Translations under genes and position numbers: made by a program
DNA from: Pyrodictiaceae archaeon
GTDB taxonomy: Archaea; Thermoproteota; Thermoprotei_A; Sulfolobales; Pyrodictiaceae
Assembly (NCBI GenBank): GCA_027036135.1
Contig: JALVSY010000016.1
Location: 96,001 to 160,000 of the forward strand
Length of the DNA stretch: 64,000 bases
Direction of reading: 5' to 3'
The notes under the pieces: generated by a model
Seen by the model: the letters and a program-made list of their open reading frames with translations, nothing else
Told to the model about the DNA's origin: nothing
Databases searched by the model: none
Shown: piece by piece, positions 9,317 through 17,863 of the stretch
How the letters are laid out: every line of letters begins with the position of its first letter
How positions within the stretch are numbered: the first letter of the stretch is position 1

Positions 9317-9520
9317 TTGGCGGTCAAGGTGCGAATCCTCGGCGATGGAGAGAAGGAGGTAGCATACAGGGAGGGTATGAGGGTCGTTGATGTTCTCCGC
9401 GAACTCAGCTTGCTCGAGAACGAGTACGTTGTTGTGCGCCGGGGAAAAGTTGTAGCTGAGGACGAGGAACTCGTTGATGGGGACGAGCTAGTCTTGTACC
9501 CGGTGGTGTCTGGTGGCTAA
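9317..9520 (+). CDS. ThiS/MoaD/TtuB-like ubiquitin-fold sulfur carrier
   Basis: 67 aa ending PVVSGG, overlapping the ttuA start. Confidence 0.9.
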   Translation: MAVKVRILGDGEKEVAYREGMRVVDVLRELSLLENEYVVVRRGKVVAEDEELVDGDELVLYPVVSGG

Positions 9521-10538
9521 GTGCAGTATCTGTGGAAGACCGGCAATATACGTCTCTAGGGCCTCTGGGCTAGCTTTCTGCGAGAAGCACTTCCTTGAGT
9601 ACTTTAGCAGGAAAGTCAGGAGAACGATGCGCAAGTACCGGATGTTTGGGCCACGTGAGCACATCGTGGTCGCCGTGTCGGGTGGCAAGGACTCTATGTC
9701 TCTTCTTCACTTCCTCCACAACTTGTCCAAGAGAGTGCCTGGGTGGCGTGTTACAGCTCTTCTAATCGATGAGGGGATTAAGGGGTACCGCGAGTATACG
9801 ATTAAGCGCTTTTTCCGCTTCGTTGAGGAGAACAATATTGATTACAAGATAGTGGGCTTCAGGGAGGAGATAGGCTACACGCTCGACGAAATAGTAAAGA
9901 TGGGAAGAGAGCGGGGGCTCCCCTATCTTCCTTGTACCTATTGCGGTGTCTTTCGACGCTACCTCCTCAACAAGGCAGCTAGGGAGATGGGTGGAACAGT
10001 TGTCGCGACAGGCCATAATCTCGACGACATAGTGCAGACCTATCTCATGAACATAATTGGTAATGATTGGGCAAAGATAGTCCGCTTAGGCCCGGTCTCT
10101 GGGCCTTCTCATCACCCGAAGTTCGTTAGGAAGGTTAAGCCCTTCTACGAGGTGCTCGAGAAGGAGACCACGATATATGCTATAATCCATGGGCTCTACG
10201 ACGGCTTCGAGGAGTGCCCTTATGCGCCCCTCAGTATACGCTGGAACATAAGGAAGATGATTAACCAGCTCGAGGAGAGAAGCCCTGGGGCCAAGTACTC
10301 GTTGCTGAGGAGCCTCGAGACAGCTATAGATATCCTGAGGAAGCATGGCATTGGCGAGGAGGAGCAACTATATACTTGCGCGATATGCGGGGAGCCCTCT
10401 GCCCACCCTATTTGCAGGGCTTGCCAACTAAAACTAGAGCTAGGTATACTAAGGCTCAGCGAGGAGCGCATACGGAGCCTACCCGAGAAGGCACGCAGAA
10501 TGGTTGAAGCAGCTATTCGGAGAGGCGAGAAGAGATGA
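9513..10538 (+). CDS. ttuA: tRNA 2-thiolation protein, TtuA/NcsA family
   Basis: N-terminal CxxC...CxxH finger, PP-loop SGGKDS, CTYCGVFRR, ATGHNLDD, ECPY and a C-terminal zinc finger. Confidence 0.93.
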   Translation: MAKCSICGRPAIYVSRASGLAFCEKHFLEYFSRKVRRTMRKYRMFGPREHIVVAVSGGKDSMSLLHFLHNLSKRVPGWRVTALLIDEGIKGYREYTIKRFFRFVEENNIDYKIVGFREEIGYTLDEIVKMGRERGLPYLPCTYCGVFRRYLLNKAAREMGGTVVATGHNLDDIVQTYLMNIIGNDWAKIVRLGPVSGPSHHPKFVRKVKPFYEVLEKETTIYAIIHGLYDGFEECPYAPLSIRWNIRKMINQLEERSPGAKYSLLRSLETAIDILRKHGIGEEEQLYTCAICGEPSAHPICRACQLKLELGILRLSEERIRSLPEKARRMVEAAIRRGEKR

Positions 10539-10984
10539 GCTGCTTCTATAGGCTTCCCCGAGCAATAGATATCAATGCCGCCTCTAGGGTGCTGCGCTCT
10601 AGGCGGAAACTACTCATAGTCGGTAGGTGCCTTGAGGCTGAGAAGCCCTGGGTTCTCGAGAAGTTCCCCGAGGAGGAGTATGCTAAGATAACTGTATGCC
10701 TAGAGGCAGAGCACGTTAACCACGTGGGCTTCAAGGTAGCAGGAATACTTGCTAGGGTGCCCTTCGAGGAGGTAGCGGTAGTGACTACTGACGGTAGTAT
10801 GCACTGTGTACAGCTCCACTTCATGCTAGAGGAGATATATAAGATAATGAAGCCAAGTGCTAAGAGAAGACACTTCGTCGTCCACGGCGATGAGTTGGTA
10901 GAGGTGCCCCCGGAGGCTGTTAGGACAGCACGCTACTTGTCAAAAGTAGCTAGTCTCCTCGGGAAGAAAGCTGGGCAAGCTTAG
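10535..10984 (+). CDS. Conserved Cys/His-containing protein, possible metal or Fe-S site
   Basis: ATGA overlap with ttuA. GRC, VCLEAEH and DGSMHCVQLH motifs. Confidence 0.6.
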   Translation: MSCFYRLPRAIDINAASRVLRSRRKLLIVGRCLEAEKPWVLEKFPEEEYAKITVCLEAEHVNHVGFKVAGILARVPFEEVAVVTTDGSMHCVQLHFMLEEIYKIMKPSAKRRHFVVHGDELVEVPPEAVRTARYLSKVASLLGKKAGQA

Positions 10985-11381
10985 CGAGGTCATCTAGGTC
11001 CTCATTGCTCATGAAGCCTAGTTGCTGCTTACACAGAATCCTAGGATTAACAATGCCTTGCTCAACCATGGAGTATAGTCGGTCAACGAAGCGATAGAAA
11101 TCCCTATAGTTACGGTAACCCCAGTAACCGAATATGAACGCTATTAGGCTAGCAAGTGCAGCAACCAGCGGCCCCGTTGAGAACATGTACTTAGCGATAC
11201 CAACGAACACAACCCAGGCAGTCACTATCAGGCCTATAGTAAGCCACTTGGTTATAGAGGCGGCTATCTCCGCCTCGCGCCTAGCCCTAGCAAGGAAATC
11301 GAGAATCTCGTCACGACTACATGGCATAGGCTCTAACAAGTAGCGATAAACACCGCGAACCACTAGCGAGCCCCAAGGCAC
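10950..11381 (-). CDS. Hypothetical two-TM membrane protein
   Basis: Two hydrophobic helices in a 143-aa ORF. Confidence 0.55.
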   Translation of the reverse strand: MPWGSLVVRGVYRYLLEPMPCSRDEILDFLARARREAEIAASITKWLTIGLIVTAWVVFVGIAKYMFSTGPLVAALASLIAFIFGYWGYRNYRDFYRFVDRLYSMVEQGIVNPRILCKQQLGFMSNEDLDDLAKLAQLSSRGD

Positions 11382-11534
11382 ACAGTCCCGGTAAGGAGAG
11401 CAATAAGCGCCTCGCCTCCTACAATCTTCTTTAGGCTTCTCGTTATTGGTTTTTAGCTACGGTATTTGCCCTGCGATGTAGAGCAGACACTTATTAAAGG
11501 GTTAGATTGATACTGAATAGCTGGGTATACAATA

Positions 11535-11786
11535 ATGAGTTTGGCTATCGAGACAAGGGTTGGAAAGAAGAGAGTAGTTGTTATACCCAAGGCAATTGCA
11601 GAAGCAGTTGGGTTATCAGAGGGCCAGAGAATCAGGATCCGGGCAGAGGACGGAAGAGTAATCATAGAGCCTGTTAGAGATGCCCTCTGGCTTGCACTGC
11701 ACGGAAGAAAGATAGGCTACATTGAGGCAGAGGAGCTGGAGGAGGAGAGCCTTCGTGAGCAGGAGAAACTCGCGTCTACTACTTGA
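11535..11786 (+). CDS. vapB: AbrB/MazE-fold antitoxin (VapB)
   Basis: RVGKKRVVVIPKAIAEAVGLSEG swapped-hairpin pattern, overlapping a PIN gene. Confidence 0.88.
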   Translation: MSLAIETRVGKKRVVVIPKAIAEAVGLSEGQRIRIRAEDGRVIIEPVRDALWLALHGRKIGYIEAEELEEESLREQEKLASTT

Positions 11787-12195
11787 CACCTCCTTTCTTC
11801 TCCCAGTACTGGGTTTCGAGACTTCCCAGAGAGTTATGAAGACGTTACCAAGCTTAGCCAGGTACGAGCTCTACTATAATGAGATAAGCTTGCTAGAGGC
11901 TCTCTGGAAAATCGTAAAGATTCTAAGAGACAAGTCACCAAGCGATATTGAAAGAGTTGTTGAAGGTGTACAAGCAATTATAGATACTATGACCCATGCA
12001 TCCTTGACGAGCGATGCTGTAAGACAAGCTATACTTATGTATATAATGGGTCATCGTGACATGATTGATAATATTCTCTACTCAATAGCCTTGGCACATG
12101 ATTTAGTATTACTGACAGTGGATAATAACTTGGTAAGATTTATACATGAGCATAATCTCTCAAAGGAGCACATAATTACGCCCGAGGAACTCTGA
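11755..12195 (+). CDS. vapC: PIN-domain toxin (VapC)
   Basis: LLDTSFL, E in ISLLEAL, DMIDNIL and LLTVD acidic PIN residues. GTG at 11755 follows GGAGGAG. Confidence 0.88.
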   Translation: MSRRNSRLLLDTSFLLPVLGFETSQRVMKTLPSLARYELYYNEISLLEALWKIVKILRDKSPSDIERVVEGVQAIIDTMTHASLTSDAVRQAILMYIMGHRDMIDNILYSIALAHDLVLLTVDNNLVRFIHEHNLSKEHIITPEEL

Positions 12196-12401
12196 GTTTC
12201 ATCTATCCCTCTGGTAACCGAATAATAGCAGGCGCAAAGAGTATTGAAGCCTATGATTACTCGTGGTGCGGTATCTAGCTCGTTGTTCTGATAAGCTTGC
12301 TCTGTTATCTATTAGCCTGCTATTAGTGGAAGTTGTAAATACCTCTCCTAGGGGTAGTTAGTATCGGGGTGCACCAATCCTCCTAGGGGGGTGCAAAAGG
12401 C

Positions 12402-13088
12402 GTGGTTAAGACTGTTGTATTCGTTGGGAAAGATGTAATAGAGGAGAATGCTAAGCTAGCTCAGCGTCTCCGCGAGCTTTACGACAAGTACGGTGTAATT
12501 GTCTATGAGTTCCTAGGTGGCCCGGGTAGCGGGAAGACTAGTCTTATCGAGAGGCTTGTCCCCATTATGTTGCGAGAGTATAGGCCGGAGCGGATACTCT
12601 ACATAGGCGGTGATGTAGCGACAACACTTGATACCGAGAGGATAGCGAAGCTGGGCATAAGGACTGTGCAGATAAACACTGGGGGCACATGCCACCTTGA
12701 GGTACCTCATATCGAGGCTACGCTGAAGCAGCTTGGTGGAGAGGAGATCCTAAGAGACCTCGACGTAATAATCATAGAGAACGTGGGCAACCTTATATGC
12801 CCGTTTAACTTCCCGCTAGGCGCGCATGCACGGATAATGGTTGTTAGCGTCGCTGAGGGCAAGGACAAGTTCATAAAGCACCCGGTTAGCACCAAGGTCA
12901 GCGACATAATAGTGATAAACAAGATAGACCTGGCCAAGGCTGTCGGGGTCAACGTAGACTATATGATAAAGACTGCTAAGGAGATAAACCCGAGAGCACC
13001 AATAATTCTTGCAAGCGCTAAGACTGGTGAAGGCGTAGAGAAGCTATACCAGGTTATGAAGGAGCACATAAAACGAGAAAGAACCTAG
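12402..13088 (+). CDS. hypB: Hydrogenase nickel-incorporation GTPase HypB
   Basis: GSGKTS, TGGTCHL, IENVGNLICP and NKID motifs. Confidence 0.95.
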   Translation: MVKTVVFVGKDVIEENAKLAQRLRELYDKYGVIVYEFLGGPGSGKTSLIERLVPIMLREYRPERILYIGGDVATTLDTERIAKLGIRTVQINTGGTCHLEVPHIEATLKQLGGEEILRDLDVIIIENVGNLICPFNFPLGAHARIMVVSVAEGKDKFIKHPVSTKVSDIIVINKIDLAKAVGVNVDYMIKTAKEINPRAPIILASAKTGEGVEKLYQVMKEHIKRERT

Positions 13089-13116
13089 GCCTTTTAGTCA
13101 CGGGGACTGGGGCTCC

Positions 13117-13542
13117 TTGCACGAAACCAGCATAGCACTAAGCATACTAGCCGCAATAGAGGATGTCTTCAACCAGACCCCGGGGGCAAAGAAGATAACC
13201 AAGATAAAGCTGAGAATAGGGATGCTAAGCCTCATAGACATAGAGGCGCTCAAGTTCGCGCTAATGGTCGCGTCCCGAGGAACCCCTGCCGAGGGCGCAG
13301 AGGTAGAGTACACTATTGAGCCGCCCGTGTTCCGCTGCAACAAGTGCGGCTACGAGTGGAGCATTGAGGAAGATGAGTTAAACAAGCTAGTGGAGGAGTA
13401 TGGGCTACAATCGGCTATGCACCTACACCCCGATATAATAACGAAGTATTTTCATTGTCCGCGATGCGGCTCAACAGACATAGAGATTAAGCGGGGAAGA
13501 GGAGTCATAATAGAGAGCGTTGAGATAGATACAGAGGCCTAA
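13117..13542 (+). CDS. hypA: Hydrogenase nickel metallochaperone HypA
   Basis: MHE N-terminus with CNKC and CPRC zinc pairs. Confidence 0.95.
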   Translation: MHETSIALSILAAIEDVFNQTPGAKKITKIKLRIGMLSLIDIEALKFALMVASRGTPAEGAEVEYTIEPPVFRCNKCGYEWSIEEDELNKLVEEYGLQSAMHLHPDIITKYFHCPRCGSTDIEIKRGRGVIIESVEIDTEA

Positions 13543-13617
13543 GCCATTCCCCCCATTCATTTTTATACGATAACATATTGTAGCATAATAGACTAGATAC
13601 TTGTTGAGGCTGGGATA

Positions 13618-14034
13618 ATGGTTGTTAAGACCGGCATAGCTTTCCCAGACAAGGTCTACGAGGAACTGAATAGAATAACTAAGGAAATGGGCTACACGAG
13701 TATATCAAAGGCTGTTAGGGACGCTGTCGAGCTGTTTATAGCCTTCAATAAATGGTGGTCGGCACGTGGAGGCGTAGCCGGAGTAATACTAGTTATGTTG
13801 CCGCGCTCAGCTGAGCAGAGCCAGCGCAGACTAACAACGATACTTAGCTCAGCAGACACTGTTCTCAGCTACTACTATACTTCTCTCGGCGATTATGCCA
13901 TCTACATAGTTGTTGTCGCTGGCCAGGGACCTGGAGTGAAAAAGCTCTACAAGGAGCTAACACGAATCGAGGGTGTCCTTGCTGTCCAGCCCTCGCTCCT
14001 GCCGCTCCCGCTAGAGAAGACCCATAAGAGCTAG
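13618..14034 (+). CDS. nikR: NikR-like RHH+ACT regulator lacking canonical nickel ligands
   Basis: RHH N-terminus (GIAFP...MGYTSISKAVRDAV) plus an ACT-like domain containing no His or Cys. Confidence 0.65.
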   Translation: MVVKTGIAFPDKVYEELNRITKEMGYTSISKAVRDAVELFIAFNKWWSARGGVAGVILVMLPRSAEQSQRRLTTILSSADTVLSYYYTSLGDYAIYIVVVAGQGPGVKKLYKELTRIEGVLAVQPSLLPLPLEKTHKS

Positions 14035-14553
14035 GAATCGTGTCGCGTCATCAAGCTTCTTGGTAAACTCGTTAAACCATGCAAGGACTAGGTCTCTGCG
14101 CTTAGCAACATAATCCATAGTGTCAGGCAAGTACATCACCTTGGCCCCCAGTGCCTGGAACGGAGCAAGGATCTCCGGATACTTCTCGGTATCCACTAGC
14201 TTCTTGTCCACAAGGCTTAGCCTGCGACTCCATACATCGACCTCGAAAGTCGATAAGAGGTGAGGATGATGACCCACCGCGACAGGAACCATGTATGGAT
14301 AATACTCCTTTACCTCCCCGCCACAGACCAGCCCGATTTTCACGCCCCATACACTGACATAGTCCGAGTCGAGAACAAGATAGTTGCAGTTCTCGCCCTC
14401 CTCGCTAGCAGGGATGAGCGATGCATAGAGTACTCCTTTACCCTTATCGTTTAAGACAAGTATAGTGCGCTTATCTATCCTCTTAGCAGCTATAGGAAAG
14501 CCCCGGCGTAACGCTTCCCTAACAGCTCCTATGGCTAAACTAGCTAGCTCCAA
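14011..14553 (-). CDS. Hypothetical protein
   Basis: 180-aa ORF with a GGAGGTG RBS upstream. Confidence 0.6.
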   Translation of the reverse strand: MELASLAIGAVREALRRGFPIAAKRIDKRTILVLNDKGKGVLYASLIPASEEGENCNYLVLDSDYVSVWGVKIGLVCGGEVKEYYPYMVPVAVGHHPHLLSTFEVDVWSRRLSLVDKKLVDTEKYPEILAPFQALGAKVMYLPDTMDYVAKRRDLVLAWFNEFTKKLDDATRFLALMGLL

Positions 14554-14720
14554 GACCGCTAAGCACCTCCTTGCTAGTAGCTTGCCGAGTTATTCACATC
14601 TAGCATTAGGCCGAGTTAAGGCTATAATAGTGGATTGTCCGTGAATAGGGAACCAGAGGAAATTATTTCAAAAACTGTTAGGGAAGGAATTTTTGCTTGC
14701 GTTTGCTATGAAAAATTGAG

Positions 14721-16673
14721 TTAGCTGTAGTGTGTCGATGTTATCATCTTCTTTACAGTCTTGATTGTTCTCCCGTTCTTAGTGAATGTTATGTGTGCTG
14801 CACATGCTAGACATGGGTCGAAGCTCCTTATTGCTCTGACATAGTCTAGTCCTGTCCAGTTCTTGGGGTTCGTCTCCTCGGTTATGTAGGTGTTTACTGC
14901 GCTTTCCTCAAACGGGCTTCTACCATAGATATCGTAGGGACTTACATTACCAGTGGTTGGTGCATGTATCTGTATATTGAGTACTTTGCCGCTGCGTTGT
15001 ACCATCCAGTGCCTCACGGTTCCTCTTGGTGCCTCGATGAAGCCTACGCCGAATGTTATCCTGTTCGGCTTCTTCCAGGGCCTGCTAGCGTACTTCTTGC
15101 CCTTAGCTATGTACTCTTGTGCCTTTGTGATGTTGTTCCATGCCCCGACGACGTCTATCATCATGTTAAATGCCCTGGCCCATAGCCTATATATGGTAGA
15201 GCTATAGTCTGGTACTTTCCACTCGAAGCTCATCTCCTCGCAGACGCTCCCCGGTAGCTCATCGGTGCATGCCCGTGGTAGTGTTACCTTTAGTACTCCG
15301 TTGCCATTGCTCTTGAAGAGCCCTAGGTAGTCGCTTGCTACCTGCATGCTTGTTACCTTGAGCCTAGCGTATGGCCCTACCTCGAACGGTGTTATAGTGC
15401 CATCCTTCCATACTAGCCTGACGTGTGTCGCCCAGCTGTACTTGCCGTCCCAGTTCCTTGCTGTCGGGTTCGGTATTGTCACTTTTAGCCATGGGTGGAA
15501 TACTGGTGCGTTAATAGTCTTTCCGAGGATGTCGCTTGTATATTTTGTCCACTTGCCCCAGTTCAGTGTATTGCCTAGCGGGTCCTTGAACCCCATCTTC
15601 TCTAGCTCGCCGTACCATGGTAGCTCGTGCACTTTGTCTGCCCAGTCCTTGTAGAACGCGTGCTGTACATGCTCGAAGATGCTGACCTGGTACTCTGCAT
15701 AGCTATCGGTCACTAGTTTGCCGCGGAGCACGACACCAGGCTTAATTATTCTCTTCCTAGCGGCCTTGTCGATTCCCTTATAGAACTCCTCCCACTCTAC
15801 ATAGCACTCCTTGTCCCAGGCACCGCAGCCACCTATGCTCGCATACTCCTCTGGGTCATCGAATATACCGCCACTACCAATAGCGCCTACCGTTGACTTC
15901 GCAGGGTTCGGGTTATAGCTCATACCGTTCTCTGCATAGTTGTGCTTGTTGACGTAGAAGTCGAAGAGATCCCAGAGCACCGTGTACACGAACTTAGCCC
16001 ATGCCGTTAGCTTTACTAGGCGGAACATGTAACCCATCAGTATGTACTCGTGGTTCGTCAAGTCAGTGGCTACACCGCCTGGTACTAGTGTTGATGGGTG
16101 ACTATGTCTACCATATATTAGTACGCCTGCTTCTCGCGCAATTCTCTGGAACGTTACTGCTAGTTGCCATAGCTTACCAGTTATCGGTGTCAAGGCATTC
16201 ATTATATCAGCTATTGTTGTGAAGCCATGTATGTCGCGGTGCTCGGCAAGAGTCTTCTTAGCATCCTCGTAGACACTCTTAGTCATTAGAGCTACTACTG
16301 GGCTGCTGTAGTCCGGGCCCTCCAGCATTAGCAGTATTATAGTGTGGTCGTAGACATGATCCGTCACGGCATAGGCCATGTTTCTTAGAGCTACACCTAG
16401 CGGTGTCGGCGAGACACCATATACCATGTCCGCGGTTATTACGTCTGCGTTGGCGTGGCTTGCTCCGCAGACTCCGCAGACACGGCTAGTTACGTGCGGC
16501 AAGTCCTCCGGCGGCCTACCTAGCCCAAATACCTCGAAGCCGCGGAACATTGTAACGAAGCTCCTAACACTACTTGGTATTGCTCTCCTCTTATCGGTAT
16601 CAACTATTACTCGTAGACCTAGATGGCCCTCGATACGCGTTATGGGGTCTATTATCATCTTGCGCTGTACCAT
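14721..16673 (-). CDS. hynL: Group 1 [NiFe]-hydrogenase large subunit (crenarchaeal 1g-like)
   Basis: DPITRIEGH, L1 RVCGVC, EAPRG and L2 DPCLACAAH followed by a cleavable C-terminal extension. Confidence 0.95.
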   Translation of the reverse strand: MVQRKMIIDPITRIEGHLGLRVIVDTDKRRAIPSSVRSFVTMFRGFEVFGLGRPPEDLPHVTSRVCGVCGASHANADVITADMVYGVSPTPLGVALRNMAYAVTDHVYDHTIILLMLEGPDYSSPVVALMTKSVYEDAKKTLAEHRDIHGFTTIADIMNALTPITGKLWQLAVTFQRIAREAGVLIYGRHSHPSTLVPGGVATDLTNHEYILMGYMFRLVKLTAWAKFVYTVLWDLFDFYVNKHNYAENGMSYNPNPAKSTVGAIGSGGIFDDPEEYASIGGCGAWDKECYVEWEEFYKGIDKAARKRIIKPGVVLRGKLVTDSYAEYQVSIFEHVQHAFYKDWADKVHELPWYGELEKMGFKDPLGNTLNWGKWTKYTSDILGKTINAPVFHPWLKVTIPNPTARNWDGKYSWATHVRLVWKDGTITPFEVGPYARLKVTSMQVASDYLGLFKSNGNGVLKVTLPRACTDELPGSVCEEMSFEWKVPDYSSTIYRLWARAFNMMIDVVGAWNNITKAQEYIAKGKKYASRPWKKPNRITFGVGFIEAPRGTVRHWMVQRSGKVLNIQIHAPTTGNVSPYDIYGRSPFEESAVNTYITEETNPKNWTGLDYVRAIRSFDPCLACAAHITFTKNGRTIKTVKKMITSTHYS

Positions 16674-16799
16674 ACCTACTCACCCACCCATAAACCTCCT
16701 TGTCTCTGCAAACATCACCTATTTATACATAACTATGTACATGAAATCCGGAGTATGTAACTAAATAAATACGTACATTATCTAAAAAACTATTATGGA

Positions 16800-17843
16800 T
16801 CAAGTCTTTGTCTCCTCCTTTACAACACCCTTTTTGACGAGGTACTCGTACCAAGCTGGGTGTTCCTCCTTGATGCGGGCAAGCGGCATCTTGCCATGTA
16901 TGTATGTTGGATCCATTGGGAACGTTGATGGGTTCAGATGCACATAGACTATGTGTACCATTAGTATCCACGAGATTGCTAGTACAGCTTCCTTGACATG
17001 CGTTATCCAGAATACTCCATTAAGTACCTGGGGGCCCCATATGCTCATTATTGCGCCTGGTATGCCTAGTACTGCCATACCCCAGTAGACGCCCCAGTAC
17101 TCGAACATCTCCTCACAATCATACTTGTGAATCTTCGGCATCTTGCCGAGCTTTGGATGAATAGTGTACAGCAATCTGTTAATAAGATCCTTGAAGAACT
17201 GTAGCGTGAATATTCTCAGTATAGGCCACTTGTCGAGCATGCTTTCTCTTCTGGACGGCGAGAATAGATCCATGAAGAACCTTGTTGTGTAGTAGCCGAA
17301 GTGTAGCAGTACTATTACTCCCATAAGCCACCCTGATATCACGTGTATCTTTACGTAGAGATCTCTGCTTACGTACAGCATGTGCCAATATGGGTTATTA
17401 GCAAGATACATCTCGAACCCGGTAAAGGCACATAGTATGAACGTTATGATTACCCAGATGTGCTGTATTCTCTGCCATAGCGAGAATCTTAGTACCCATA
17501 TATCACGCTTGCCTTCCTCGCTCTTGTAGTAGAGTCTCCACTTCTTTTGCTCTCGTGCTCGTATAGCAAAGTTGCCCAGGCTCCACCATGTACCAAAGAA
17601 CCCAAGTAGTATTATCAGTATGTCGAAGGCGACACTTAGGAAGTCACGCCACCATAAAGTACTCTTTAGATTCATCTCTGATAAGAGCTTGAAGAACTGG
17701 TGAAGGCCGCCTTCTGCCTCGAAGGGCTTCCAGCCTAGGAAGTATATTATTGTCCAGGTGCCGCCAACGAATATGGTAACTAGTATCCAATCGGCTATCA
17801 GATACGCCGTCCACAGACGCTTAGTAGTTGTGGTCGCGCTCAT
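16800..17843 (-). CDS. Cytochrome b membrane subunit of the uptake hydrogenase
   Basis: RFSLWQRIQH and further His-bearing TM helices, EYWGVYWG. Lies between the small and large subunit genes. Confidence 0.85.
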   Translation of the reverse strand: MSATTTTKRLWTAYLIADWILVTIFVGGTWTIIYFLGWKPFEAEGGLHQFFKLLSEMNLKSTLWWRDFLSVAFDILIILLGFFGTWWSLGNFAIRAREQKKWRLYYKSEEGKRDIWVLRFSLWQRIQHIWVIITFILCAFTGFEMYLANNPYWHMLYVSRDLYVKIHVISGWLMGVIVLLHFGYYTTRFFMDLFSPSRRESMLDKWPILRIFTLQFFKDLINRLLYTIHPKLGKMPKIHKYDCEEMFEYWGVYWGMAVLGIPGAIMSIWGPQVLNGVFWITHVKEAVLAISWILMVHIVYVHLNPSTFPMDPTYIHGKMPLARIKEEHPAWYEYLVKKGVVKEETKT

Positions 17844-17863
17844 CTTATCACCCTTACCTAGTT

